From positions 88,884 through 152,883 of the forward strand of contig CAVXBH010000014.1 in NCBI GenBank assembly GCA_963759945.1: a stretch of DNA of 64,000 bases, in the 5' to 3' direction. Source of the DNA: an uncultured Solirubrobacteraceae bacterium (GTDB lineage: Bacteria > Actinomycetota > Thermoleophilia > Solirubrobacterales > Solirubrobacteraceae). Positions 15,485-26,320 of the stretch are shown piece by piece (position 1 is the stretch's first letter; each line of letters begins with the position of its first letter). The translations under genes were made by a program, and so were the position numbers. The notes below the pieces were generated by a model. The model was given only the letters and a program-made list of their open reading frames with translations, was not told the DNA's origin and ran no database searches.

Positions 15485-16399
15485 GTGCGCCTCTTCACGT
15501 GCGACGTGTGCAGCAGCCAGCTGTTCTTCGACAACAGCCACTGCCTGACGTGCGACACCCCGCAGGCCTTTCGGGCTTCGGACCTCTCGATGGCCGTGGT
15601 CGGAGACGCACGGCGCTGCGCGAACGCGGACCTCGCCGCATGTAACTGGCTCGCGGAGGACGGCGAGCTCTGCCCCTCCTGCGCGCTGACCGAGACGCGG
15701 CCCAACGACGACGACCCGGAGGGGCTCGTCGAATTCGGCCGGGCCGAAGCGGCCAAGCGGCGGCTGCTCTACGGCCTGCTCGCCCTCGGCCTACCGGTCG
15801 ACGACCGCATCTCCTTCGACCTGCTTTCGAGCAGCGCGGAGACGGTGATGACCGGGCACGCCGACGGCAAGGTGACGCTCGACCTCGCCGAGTCGGACCC
15901 CGCGACGCGCGAGCGCCGCAGGACCGAGATGGGCGAGATGTACCGGACCCTGCTCGGCCACTTCCGCCACGAGGTCGGCCACTTCTACCAGGGGGTGATC
16001 GTGGAGGGCGACTGGGATCGCTGCCGCGCGCTGTTCGGCGACGAGCGCGAGGACTACCAGGCCGCCATCGACCGGCATTACGCGCAGGGCCCGCCGCCGG
16101 ACTGGGCCCGGAAGTACGTGAGCGCGTACGCGACGATGCACCCGTGGGAGGACTGGGCGGAGACCTTCTCGCACTACCTGCACATGCGCGACACGCTCGA
16201 GACCGCGCACGCCTTCGGCTTCGCAGCGCAGCCCGACGTCAGCGCGATCGAGCCGATTGTCGCTGCATGGCTCCCGCTCACCACCGGCCTCAACGAGGTC
16301 AACCGCTCGATGGGGCAGGGCGACGTCTACCCGTTCGTCCTACCGGACCCGGTCGTGGCGAAGCTCGGCTACGTGCACGAGCGCATCGCGCTCAGCTGA
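15485..16399 (+). CDS. zinc-ribbon plus putative zinc-binding metallopeptidase family protein
   Basis: N-terminal FTCDVCSSQLFFDNSHCLTC zinc ribbon and an HEVGHFY (HExxH) motif. Intact 304 aa. Confidence 0.7.
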   Translation: MRLFTCDVCSSQLFFDNSHCLTCDTPQAFRASDLSMAVVGDARRCANADLAACNWLAEDGELCPSCALTETRPNDDDPEGLVEFGRAEAAKRRLLYGLLALGLPVDDRISFDLLSSSAETVMTGHADGKVTLDLAESDPATRERRRTEMGEMYRTLLGHFRHEVGHFYQGVIVEGDWDRCRALFGDEREDYQAAIDRHYAQGPPPDWARKYVSAYATMHPWEDWAETFSHYLHMRDTLETAHAFGFAAQPDVSAIEPIVAAWLPLTTGLNEVNRSMGQGDVYPFVLPDPVVAKLGYVHERIALS

Positions 16400-17022
16400 C
16401 GGCCGTCCGCGTCGAAGTTCGACGGGTCCAGCCAGCGCTCGAAGCGCGCGCGCCGATCGGGCCACTCGCCGTCGACGATCGAGTACCAGGCGGTGTCGCG
16501 GTTGCGGCCCTTGACGACCAGGTGCTGGCGGAACGTGCCTTCGTAGGTGAAGCCGAAGCGGTCGGCGGCGCGGCGGGAGGCCTCGTTGGCGGCGTTGCAC
16601 TTCCACTCGAGGCGGCGGTGGCCGAGCGTCTCGAAGGCGTGGCGCGCGAGCAGGAAGATGGCCTCCGTGGCGGCCGCCGTGCGGGAGAGGCCGGCGCCGA
16701 ACCAGATGTGGCCGATCTCGATCGAGCCGTGGGCGGCGTCGCAGCGCAGGAAGCTGACCACGCCCGCGGCGTGCCGTCACAGCGGGCGGACGGCGTAGAA
16801 GCGCGGGTCGCGAGAGCGCGCGGCGTCCTCCACCCATGCCGCCCAGTCCGCCGGGTCCGGCCACGGGCCGTAGGGCAGGAAGGTCCAGATCGCCTCGTCG
16901 GCGCCGGCGGCGTGCAGATCCGCGGCGTGCCCGAGGTCGAGCGGTTCGAGAACGACGAGCCGGCCCGAAAGCGTGTCGTCTCCCGGACACTCCGCGCCGG
17001 ACCAGCTCTCGAGATCCTCCAT
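16369..17022 (-). pseudogene. GNAT (RimJ/RimL-like) N-acetyltransferase interrupted by one in-frame TGA at 16777-16779
   Basis: ORFs 16777..17022 and 16369..16761 are in the same frame and read ...FYAVRPL*RHAAGVVSFLRCDAAHGSIEIGHIWF..RLEWKCNAANEASRRAADRFGF. Confidence 0.7.
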
Positions 17023-17121
17023 AGCTGCATCTCAGCACCGATCGGCTTCGTCTACTTCGCCGGTATGGCTCGCCTTCCGGGACGAGCACCTCGCCGCTCG
17101 AGGCACCGGCCTGGGGCTGAC

Positions 17122-17859
17122 TCAGGCAGCGGCCTCCTGCCGGGTGATCCGCCATGCACCGAGCAGGAGCGGAAGCACCATCCAGACGCCGAGCGACGTT
17201 GCGACCCGCGCCCACTGAGGGCCGGTCAGAACCTCCTGGGTCAGCGGACCGAGCGCGCGGTTGGTGTCGAGCCACGGTGCCACGCCGGCAAAGACCGGTA
17301 GTGAGGCGAGGGCCGTCCAACTGATCGGCAGGGCGAAGAGGGCGACGATCGCCGGCGTCGAGGAGAGCAGGAGCATCCCGAAAGCGACTCCGATGATCAT
17401 CCCGCCCACGAGGTAGACCGCGGCCTGGCCGATCAGCGGAACGACCCCGGCCCAGGTTCCCCCGCCGAGCAGGGCACCCGTCGCGATCAGCACCACGGCA
17501 ACGAAGAGCACCGCGAGGGCGATCGTGATGCTCGCGATGAGCTTGGCGCTGATGACCCGCGAGCGCACGGGCACCAGGGCGAACGTGATCATCCCGGTCC
17601 GCTGCGACCACTCCGAGGTGACGAGCAGGATGCCGATCAGCGGCATCAGGCCGGCCGCCGGCAACAGGCCGACGTAGAGGATCGACGCGAACGTGTGATC
17701 CGCTGCGTCGCCCGCAAGCGATCGGACGGCCACCACGATCAGGGTGAGCGCCACGATAGAGAACTGCAGCCAGAACCCGCCGCGGGTGTCGACCGTCTTT
17801 CCCATCTCCACGCGCACCAGCCGGCCCAGGCCGGGTCGCGCGCAATCGGCGGAGCTCAT
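17122..17859 (-). CDS. ABC-2 type exporter permease
   Basis: ATG 17859 overlaps the ATPase stop (ATGA). Six hydrophobic helices; intact. Confidence 0.7.
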   Translation of the reverse strand: MSSADCARPGLGRLVRVEMGKTVDTRGGFWLQFSIVALTLIVVAVRSLAGDAADHTFASILYVGLLPAAGLMPLIGILLVTSEWSQRTGMITFALVPVRSRVISAKLIASITIALAVLFVAVVLIATGALLGGGTWAGVVPLIGQAAVYLVGGMIIGVAFGMLLLSSTPAIVALFALPISWTALASLPVFAGVAPWLDTNRALGPLTQEVLTGPQWARVATSLGVWMVLPLLLGAWRITRQEAAA

Positions 17860-18580
17860 GCCGTCGCCGTCAGGTCGAGAAAGAGCTGTTCGAGGCCCTC
17901 GCCCTGCAACAGCCGCGTGTCGGTCTGTGGCAGCAGTTCGGCGCGGGTGCCCTGGGCCTGGATGCGACCGTCGCTGATGATGATCATCCGGTCGGCGATC
18001 GGCCTCGACCTCGGCGAGCAGGTGGGAGGAGAGCAGCACGGTGCCGCCGCGGTCGGCGAAGTCGCGCAGCAGTTGTCGCATCCAGCGCATGCCTTCGGGG
18101 TCGAGGCCGTTGGCGGGCTCGTCGAGGATCAGGACCTCAGGATCCCCGAGCAACGCGTGAGCGAGCCCGAGGCGCTGCCTCATCCCGAGCGAGTACCTGG
18201 CCGACCCGCCGGCCGGCGGCGGCCCGTCGAGGCCGACGAGGTCGAGCAGCGAGTCGATTCTCGCGTTCGGGATGCCCATCGTCCGGGCGGAGACGGCGAG
18301 CGCCTCGCGGCCTCGCCGCCCCGCGTGCTGGGCTGACGCGTCAAGCAGGATCCCGACGCGCCGGCCCGGGTTGGGCAGGTCGCGGTAGCGACCGCCGAAC
18401 ACCAGCGACCGACCGCCGTCGGGTCGCGAGAGCCCGACGAGCATTCGCATGGCCGTGGTCTTGCCGGCGCCGTTGGGTCCGAGGAAGCCAGTGATGGTTC
18501 CGGGCTCGCAGCGGAACGTGACGTCGGAGACGACGGTGCGGTCTTCCGCGACGCTTGGTGAGTCCTTCAGCAGCGATCAT
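17856..18580 (-). CDS. ABC transporter ATP-binding protein, 2 frame breaks
   Basis: MIAAEGLTKR at 18580. Signature YSLGMRQRLGLA, Walker B LILDEPANGLD, H-loop LLSSH. The Walker A region and the C-terminus (ADRMIIISDGRIQAQG) are in other frames. Confidence 0.75.
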
Positions 18581-19037
18581 GCGGGCACGCTCGCGACCGT
18601 TGACGGCTTCGACGCGGAGCCGCGTGTCGCCGATGATGCCGGCGCTCACCGCGAGGATCGCGACGAGGCCGACCCACTGGAGGGTGTCGCCCATGCCGTC
18701 GCCCCAGTAGGGCTTGGACGGTCCGACTTCCACCGGGACGAGGTGGAAGAACGTGAACGCGGCGATCTCGATCCAGGCGACGAACGCGGCGACACGGGAC
18801 GCCGACCGGTGCTGGAACGCCACCAGGAGCACCGCGGCCAGAACGGCGAGCAGGCTCGCGAGGTGCGGCGGCTTCGTGAAGGTCTCGATGAAGCCGGCGG
18901 ACGGGTCGACGCGAAGGTCGTCGAGGACCACGAGGTTGAGGATCAGGAGGGCCAGAAGTGAGCCGGTGAGGCCGAGCAACCGCCCGGGCCGAAGACCCGG
19001 AGGTCGTGTGGATGCGGGTGTTGTGGTGAGTGGTCAT
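18581..19037 (-). CDS. small polytopic membrane protein, first gene of the ABC operon (ends uncertain)
   Basis: MTTHHNTR start in ORF 18567..19037, joining the hydrophobic text of ORF 18341..18979. Confidence 0.35.
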
Positions 19038-19040
19038 GGG

Positions 19041-19065
19041 TCGAACATAACTTAGTTATGTTCGA
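19041..19065. promoter_or_regulatory. perfect 11-3-11 palindrome TCGAACATAAC-TTA-GTTATGTTCGA, candidate TetR operator
   Basis: Read directly. Fills the 45-nt divergent gap between the ABC operon and the TetR gene. Confidence 0.5.
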
Positions 19066-19082
19066 TCGTCAAGTCGGTTACG

Positions 19083-19682
19083 ATGCGCACGGTGCCGAGC
19101 TCGACGACAACGCGCGAGACACTTCTCGAAGCCGCACTGCGGCTGCTGGAAGACCGCGGTCCCGGCGCTCTGCGCGTTCGCGATCTGGCAGAGCTCACCG
19201 GCAAGTCGACGATGGGCGTCTACACCCATTTCGGCTCCAAGCAGGGCCTGCTCGAGCAGCTGTACCTGCACGGCTTCAGTCGCTTGGAAGAGCGGCTGAA
19301 GGACGTCCCTTCAGCGCGAAACGACAGGGAGGAGCTCCTGACGTTCGCTTCCGCCTACCGCGGGTTCGCGATCGACAACGAGGCGCTCTACGGGTTGATG
19401 TTCGAGCGCGCGACTCCTGACTTCGTCCCCTCCGACGAGAGCCGGATGGCGGGGCTGGCGACGTTCGAGATGCTCGTCGACCGCATCCGGGAGTGGCGGC
19501 CGGAGCTCGCCGACCCCGCGTCCCAGGCGCACCTGATCTGGGGGGCGATGCACGGCTTGGTCAGCATCGAGCTGACGCATCGACGCTGGGGTGGACCCCT
19601 CGTCGCCCACCTGCAGGGGGAGCCTGCGCGAAACTACGCCGCGGCGATCGGGTCTCTGCTCGTCGCACTCGAGCAGAGCTGA
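19083..19682 (+). CDS. TetR-family transcriptional regulator
   Basis: N-terminal HTH TRETLLEAALRLLEDRGPGALRVRDLAELTGKSTMGVYTHF. Intact 199 aa. Confidence 0.85.
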   Translation: MRTVPSSTTTRETLLEAALRLLEDRGPGALRVRDLAELTGKSTMGVYTHFGSKQGLLEQLYLHGFSRLEERLKDVPSARNDREELLTFASAYRGFAIDNEALYGLMFERATPDFVPSDESRMAGLATFEMLVDRIREWRPELADPASQAHLIWGAMHGLVSIELTHRRWGGPLVAHLQGEPARNYAAAIGSLLVALEQS

Positions 19683-19701
19683 TCGCGCTGCGCGTACCCG
19701 C

Positions 19702-21150
19702 TTATCCGTCGTCGGCGAACCGGACCACGCCGCCGAAGGTGCCGGCGTAGGCGGCTCCGTCCGGACCCAGCACCATCGCCCCGCCGAGGCTGTTGAAGCC
19801 GAGGCCCTCCCCGGCCAGGGCAGCGAAGCGCACCGCGCCGGTGCGCCAGTCGAGCGCCGCGAGGTTCCAGGTGTCGGGGAAGCCCGCCGGCTTGACGAGC
19901 GTGTAGAGCAGCCCGGTCCTGCGTGAGAGCACGGGCTGCGCGGACGGGGAGACCTGCTCGCTGGTCCAGCCGCGGCGGCAGTTGTGCCTCGTGACGACGA
20001 CGCGCGCGAGACCCCCGGCGGTGGTCCTGCCGCCCTCGGTCGACAGCTCGTTGGCGTAGCCGTAGGCGTTGGCGGCCACGATCGATCGGCCCGCGACGAC
20101 CAGCGGGGCCTCGATGCTGCCCTTTCCGGGAGTGAACACGGGTACGGCACAGAACAGGCGCGAGGCGGAGCGGCCTCGGATGCGGACCACGGTCACCCGG
20201 GGCGGGTTCAGGCCGTCGGCGACGGCGACGTAGCGGCCGGCGACGATGGCCGGAGCGGTGCCCGGGCCGAGGTGGGCGCGACCGGCGTTCATATCGGCTT
20301 CCGCCGACGGCAGCGGCTCGCGCCAGACGACGCGCGGCGTCCCGTCGGTGGCCGCGCGCAGGCGGTAGAGCGCCCTTCGCGTGACGACGTAGGTGCCCGA
20401 CCGATCGGTGGCGATGTCCTCCGCGATCGGCTCGTCAAGCCTTATCGAGCGCGGTTCGCCCCCGTCGCGGGGCACGGTGAGCACGGACCCGTCGGAGCCG
20501 ACGGCCCAGTCGCGGCCGTCGAAACCCGCTCCCACCGCGAACAGTCGCTCCTTGGGACCGAGCAGGCCGGACAGGTCGACGGCGCCCGTCTGTGTGAGCG
20601 TGTCGGAACCGACCGTCACGGTGGCGATGGAGCCCGAGGCGGTCGGGATCAGCAGCGTGCCGTCCGCGCGCTGGATGAAGTGCGTCCCGCCGGAGAGGTC
20701 GGCGCGATCGCCACCGGGAGCGGACGGCAGCGCCAGCGACGCGAGCGTCTCGAGCGTCGTCGGATCAAGCAGCCGCAGGTTGGCGGCCGCCGGTCCCTTG
20801 CAGACCGCGAGCAGCCGGCCCGTCGCGTCGAACGCCATCCCGGTGCACGTCCCCATCTGCACCGCGCTGGAGCTCGTCGTCCCGACGCCGAGCGGGCCGG
20901 GCAGGGGAGACACGTTGCCGTTGCCGGCCGCAAGCCCTGTGCCGCTGGAGCCGTTGGGCGCCAGCGCGGGGTTGCGGGGCGCGGACGGCGCTTGCAGCGG
21001 GCCGGCGCCTCGACCGCCTGCGCCCGTGAAGGTCGGCAGGGGTCCCTCGAGCGGGCTCGGGATCGGGGTCGGGCGGCGCCGCGGCGGCGGTCGCCGCGAG
21101 CATCAGCGAGAGGACGAGGCCAAGCGCCTGGAATCGACGGGCGGTAGGTG
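19702..21150 (-). CDS. secreted beta-propeller-like hypothetical protein, frame break near 20915-20950; start approximate
   Basis: Signal-like RRFQALGLVLSLMLAATAAAAPP upstream of ORF 19702..20913. Repeated short beta-strand/turn text. Confidence 0.5.
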
Positions 21151-21687
21151 CTGCGCGGCTCGCGGCGGTAGACCTGCACGGCGCAGCTCGCGGTGAGGGT
21201 GCGCCAGCTCGGCGGCGACCGCCTCGAGGTCGGCCGGCTCGCCGTCGGCCGGCGCGAAGACCGCGAGCTCGCCGAACGTCATGGGCTGCGGATCGCTGGC
21301 CAGCGGCGGGCTGAGGAAGTTCACGCCCGCGACCGCGCGCGTCGCGTACACGAGCTCGCCCGCGACCGGGGTCATCGCGTTCTCCACCTCCGCGAGCACG
21401 TCGTGTCCCGCCGGGGACGTGAAGTGAACGGCGACGAGCAGCTGCCTGCGATGGAGCTCCGGGTCGCGGTGCGACGCGTGCGTGAACGACGCCTCGAAGC
21501 GGCGCACGCCCGCCTCACGCAGCTTGTTGATCGCCAGGTAGTACGGGTTCAGCGTCATCGCCAGGAAGCGGCGGTGCGAGGGGTAGCTGACGATCAGCAG
21601 CTTGTCCGCCTGCTGCGCGCCCGTCACGGAGCGCTCGTGGCGGCCCATCCAGCGCACCCGACCGCCGACGGCGCTCAGCACCGGCAT
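21103..21687 (-). CDS. hypothetical protein (true N- and C-termini uncertain)
   Basis: MPVLSAVGGRVRWMGRHERS...LLIVSYPSHRRFLAMTLNPYYLAINKL. Protein-like, but no family recognised. Confidence 0.35.
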   Translation of the reverse strand: MPVLSAVGGRVRWMGRHERSVTGAQQADKLLIVSYPSHRRFLAMTLNPYYLAINKLREAGVRRFEASFTHASHRDPELHRRQLLVAVHFTSPAGHDVLAEVENAMTPVAGELVYATRAVAGVNFLSPPLASDPQPMTFGELAVFAPADGEPADLEAVAAELAHPHRELRRAGLPPRAAQHLPPVDSRRLASSSR

Positions 21688-21827
21688 GACTGAGCAGCGC
21701 GTACCAGCGGTAGCGCGGCGAAGCGGGACGTGCTGATGAGGTTGACGACGTCGAGCGGGCCGGGCAGGTCGCGCCGGGCGAACTCGACGAGCGGCGCGCG
21801 GGCGGATGCGGGCCAGCATCGACGGCC

Positions 21828-23594
21828 TCACGCGTGCAGCTCGCAGAAGTAGGCGCCTGCTCGACGGCGTGCTGGGCAGGGGATCCGCCGAGCCCGTTCT
21901 GGAGGCCGCCCTCGTAGAGGAACCTCGCCGGTTGGGGTTGGCTGGCCGGCACCGTCGCGTACGCGCCGGGCTGCGAGCCGACCCACGGGTTGGGCGGGCT
22001 CGCGTTCGTGGCGCCGGTGCTCGGGACCTCGGGCAGCTTCGTGATCGGCGCGCCCGGCCCGTACGGCCTGAGCGCGACCGGGACGAACAGCGCGTTCTCA
22101 CGCTCGTAGAGCCAGGCGAGCAGCTCCTTGGCGAGCCGCTGGTAGCCGGGATCGTTGGCGAGGTTGCGGATCTCGTACGGGTCCTCCCAGGTGTCGTAGA
22201 GCTCGTACTCCTGCTCGTGGACGATCTCCGTGCCGGCGAAGTGCTGATCCTCGACGGCGACGTAGCGCGCGAACTTGTAGCGGCCGTCGTAGATCGCCCG
22301 GATGTGGGCACGGATCGGGACGGCGTTGCCGGTGTTGTAGATCGGGATACTCGTCGATCCGGTACAGGACGCAGTCGCGCGGGCCGCGCGCGTTCGGCCG
22401 CTCGAGCGCGCCGACCAGGCTCACCCCACGCAGCCACGGCCAGCGTGTCGACGGGGTCTGCCTCACCGGCGATCTCGAGCAGCGTCGGCACGAGGTCGAT
22501 CCGCCTCGCCGAGCGCCTGCGAGCGACCCCCGCGCGGGAAGCGCTTCGGGTAGACGACGGTGAACGGGACGCGGTTCTGCTCGTCGTAGATCGTCGTGCC
22601 CTTGTTCTGCAGCCGGTGCGCCGAGCCGAGCTCGCCGTGGTCGGACGTCCGCACGATCACGGTGTCGTCGAGCACGCCCGCGTCGATGACGGCCTTCACC
22701 GCGGCGCCGAGCATCTCGTCGGTGCCGACGATCAGGTCGTAGTAGGTGTTGAGCTGCCCGCGCCAGTAGTCCTCGGAGTCCTGGACCTCGTTCGGCGTGC
22801 CGGCGACGAGCGAGGCGGCGTTGCGGAAGCGCGCCTGCGCGCTCGGCTTGTCGCCGAGGCCCGGCTCGGCGTAGAACGACGGCTCGATCTGCGGGTCGTA
22901 GTCGGGGCGCTTGAAGTCGGCGCGGAAACCACGCGGGTAGAACTGGATGTCGTGCGGGTTGAGCAGGCTCAGCACGCACAGCCACGGCTGCTCGTCGGCG
23001 GCGTGCTGCTTGAGCCAGTCGACGGCCTGCCCGGTCCAGATCGGGTCGTTCGTGTAGCCGTCGTTGTATCCGCCGACGTCCGCGGGCGGCGAGATCGCGG
23101 AGTGGTCGAAGCCGTAGCCGCCGAGCGGGTTGCCTGCGGCGAGGTCGAGCGCGCGCCTCGAGGTTGGTGGGCGGCTCCCCGGGAAACGAGAGGTGCCACT
23201 TGCCGAAGAACGCCGTCCGGTAGCCGACCTCCTTGAAGAGGTCGCCGATCGTCGGGATCGTCGGGTCCATCGTGAACTGCGTGCCGAGCGACGAAGGTGC
23301 CGAACATGCCCGGTCTGCGGCGCGTACATCCCCGTCCAGAAGCAGGCGCGGGAAGGCGAGCACGCCATCGACGACGTGTGGAAGCGGTCGATCCGCGTGC
23401 CGTTCGCGTCCAGCCAGCAGCGCACCGGCGTCGGCAGGTCGTCGGGCAGCCGGTCCTGGTGGCGCTCCTGATCGGTCATCAGGATCAGGACGTTGGGCGC
23501 CGGCGGCGTGGCCGCGCCGAGCGCCTGCGGGCGCGAGCGCGGCGAGACCGGTCGCGGCCGCGCCGGCGAGCAGACCGCGCCGGTCGATGGTCAT
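21828..23594 (-). CDS. Tat-signal arylsulfatase-family enzyme (copy 1), multiple frame breaks
   Basis: MTIDRRGLLAGAAATGLAAL Tat signal, NVLILMTDQ, canonical FGly motif ACSPSRACFWTG, FFGKWHLS, TSDHGE. C-terminus ...YFCELHA* at 21828. Confidence 0.8.
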
Positions 23595-23599
23595 GCGCT

Positions 23600-24528
23600 T
23601 CACCACGTCGATGCGCTCCGGTGAGCGCGTCCACCGTCCAGGCCCGGCCGCCTGCGACGGCGAGGCCGCGTGGCGCTCCGCCGACGCGGGTGCGACCGGC
23701 CGTGGCCGAGCGCGACGATCCTCCCGGCACCGCCGAGCGCGACGAGCGCGCGCCCGTGGCGCGACCACGCCACGCCGCTCGGCTGCCGGCCGGCGTCGTG
23801 TGCGGTGACGGCGCCGGTGCGCAGGTCGACGACGCTGACGCGGTCGGCGTGGGAGACGAGCAGCTTGTGTCCGTCCGGGGAAAGGGCGACGCGGTGGGGC
23901 GACCACGGCACGCGGAGGCGCTTGCGGACGCGGCCGGTGGGCAGGTCGATGCGCGCAAACGTGGTGGTCGCCGTTCAGCGCGACCCACGCCGCGTTCCCC
24001 GATCGCCGCGACCCCGCGCGGCACCGTGCCGATGTGGCGTGCTGCCGAGGATCTTGAGCGTGCGCGCGTCGAGCACGTGCGAGGTGCCCTGACTGCTCTC
24101 CGCCGGTGACGACCAGCCGCTCGCCACCGGGCGTGAAGGTCGACGTAGCTCGGCGCCGGACCGACCGCCACTGCGCCTGAGCAGCTTGCGCGTGCGCAGG
24201 TCCACGAGCGCGAGGCCGGGCTCGTCCCAGAACGCCGTCGTGACGGCGGCAAGCCGGCCGTCGGGCGAGACGGCGACATCGAGCGGCTGCCCGCCGACGT
24301 CGATGAGATGCGGGCGGCCGCGACCGCTGACGATCGCGATCGTGCGGCGACGGTCGTGCGCGACGACGACCCGGCGACCGGACGGCGCCACCGCGATCGC
24401 CCGGCCGCGGAGGACCGCCTCCTGCCGGGCGCGGTTCGGCGCGGTCCGGGCCGCGGCGTTCGCGGACGACCGCGGCAAGCGAGCCGAGCGCCGGTACCGG
24501 CGAGCAGCTCCCGTCGGGTCGCGGTCAT
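23600..24528 (-). CDS. Tat-signal YVTN-type beta-propeller repeat protein (copy 1), multiple frame breaks
   Basis: MTATRRELLAGTG. Repeats such as VAVSPDGRLAAVTTAFWDEPGLALVDLRTRKLL and ALSPDGHKLLVSHADRVSVVDLRTGAV. The ATG overlaps the sulfatase-2 stop (ATGA). Confidence 0.6.
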
Positions 24529-26320
24529 GCGGGCCCGAGCTCGCACAGGAACGACGCGCGTGCCGCGGCACGTGCCTCTGCCGCCGCGCGCGAGCTGTCG
24601 GCCGTCAGCGGTGCGCGTCCGGCACCGCCCTCGTAGACGGCGTCGACGAGGTGCGGGTCCGGACACGGGCAGCTGGACGTAGTCGCCTGGCGCGCCGCTC
24701 GCGCCGGTCGTGCCGGGCTCGAGCTGCTCCAGCACCGTGACCGGGCGCCCGAGCGGGTCGCGGCCGGATCACCTCGACCAGCGACGGGCCGCCGTAAGCC
24801 GGGACCTCGACCGGCGAGAAGTGCTCGTCCTCGAGCTCGCGCAGGCGCACGAGCATGTCGTCGAGCAGCGGCTTGTAGGCCTGGTCGCGCGCGAGGTTGC
24901 GCAGCTCGTAGGGGTCCTCGAGCAGGTCGTAGAGCTCGTACTCCTGGTCGTCTTTGAGCTCCGCCTGCGGCTTGCCCTTCATGCGCGACGTAGCGGGCGA
25001 TCTTGAAGCGCCCCGACAGCGCGGCGCGCACGTGGCGCTTCCAGGGCTCGCCCGTGCCCGCGAAGTCCTGCGGCGACCACACCTCGTCGCACGTGCTGAC
25101 CGTGAAGTCCTTGCCGGACGTGTGCACCGGATCCTTGATCGCGGGCACGAGCGAGCGGCCGCGCAGCCACGGGTAACGGGAGTTCGGGTCGCGCACGCCG
25201 GCGAGCTCGAGGCAGGTCGGGACGATGTCGACGGAGTCGGCCAGCGCGTTCGTGCGCGCGCCCTGCTGCCGGCCGAAGCGCTTCGGCCAGCCGATCGAGA
25301 GCGGCATCCGCAGCTGCTCCTCGTAGATCATCGGGCCCTTGCCGACGGCGCGGTGCGAGCCGCCCATCTCCCCGTGGTCGGCGGTCCGGATGACGACGGT
25401 GTCCTCCATGCCGCCGGACTCGTGCAGCGCCTTGATCACCGCGCCGTAGTTCTCGTCGGTGTTGACGATCAGGTCGCAGTACGTGTTCATCAGCCGCTTC
25501 CACGTCGCCAGTGTCGTCGTCGGCGATGCTGCCGCGGATCAGCGCGGCGCCGTCGGCGTACTGGCGGTGCACCTGCGGCTTGGTCGGCGGGTCGTCCTCG
25601 AAGTTGAGCGGCAGCTCGACCTCCCAGTCGGGGCGGGTGACGTCGGCGCTGAAGCCGCGCGGGAAGTACGCGATGTCGTGCGGGTTGAGCAGCGAGACGA
25701 CGCAGAACCACGGCTGGTCCCCGCCGCCGTGCTCCTTGCAGCCAGTCGATGCCCTGCTTGGTCCAGAGCGGGTCGTTGTAGACGCCGTCGTTGTATCCGG
25801 CGGGCTCCAGCGACAGCGACTGCTCGGAGTAGTCGAAGCCGTACTCGGCCAGGTAGTTGCCCTGCGCGTTGGCGCCCGCGCCCTCGGGCAGCGTCACGCC
25901 GGCCATGCTCAGGTGCCACTTGCCGAAGAAGGCCGTCTTGTAGCCCTGCTCGCGCATCAGGTCGCCGATCGTCGGGATGCGCGGGTCGAGCGAGAACTGC
26001 CAGCTCTGCAGGAAGTTGCCGAAGATCCCGTTCTGCGGCACGTACATGCCGGTCCAGAAGCACGCGCGGCTCGACGAGCACTGCACGGCGCTGTGATGGA
26101 AGCGATCGAAGCTCACGCCGCGGTCGTCGATCCAGTTGCGCGCCGGAAGCGGGCAGGTCCTTGGGCGTCCACTGCGGCAGGCGCTCCTGGTCGCACATCA
26201 GGATCAGGACGTTCGGCTTGCGAGCGGGGCGCGCGCACCGGCAGGCGCTGCCGTCAGCGCGGCGGCGCCGAGCGCGCCGGCGGCGCCGGCCTTCAGCGCC
26301 TCGCGGCGGGTCGTGCTCAT
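24525..26320 (-). CDS. Tat-signal arylsulfatase-family enzyme (copy 2) with non-canonical CSSSR motif, multiple frame breaks
   Basis: MSTTRREALKAGAAGALGAAAL, NVLILMCDQ, QCSSSRACFWTG, FFGKWHLS, TADHGEMGG. C-terminus ...SFLCELGPA*. Confidence 0.8.
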
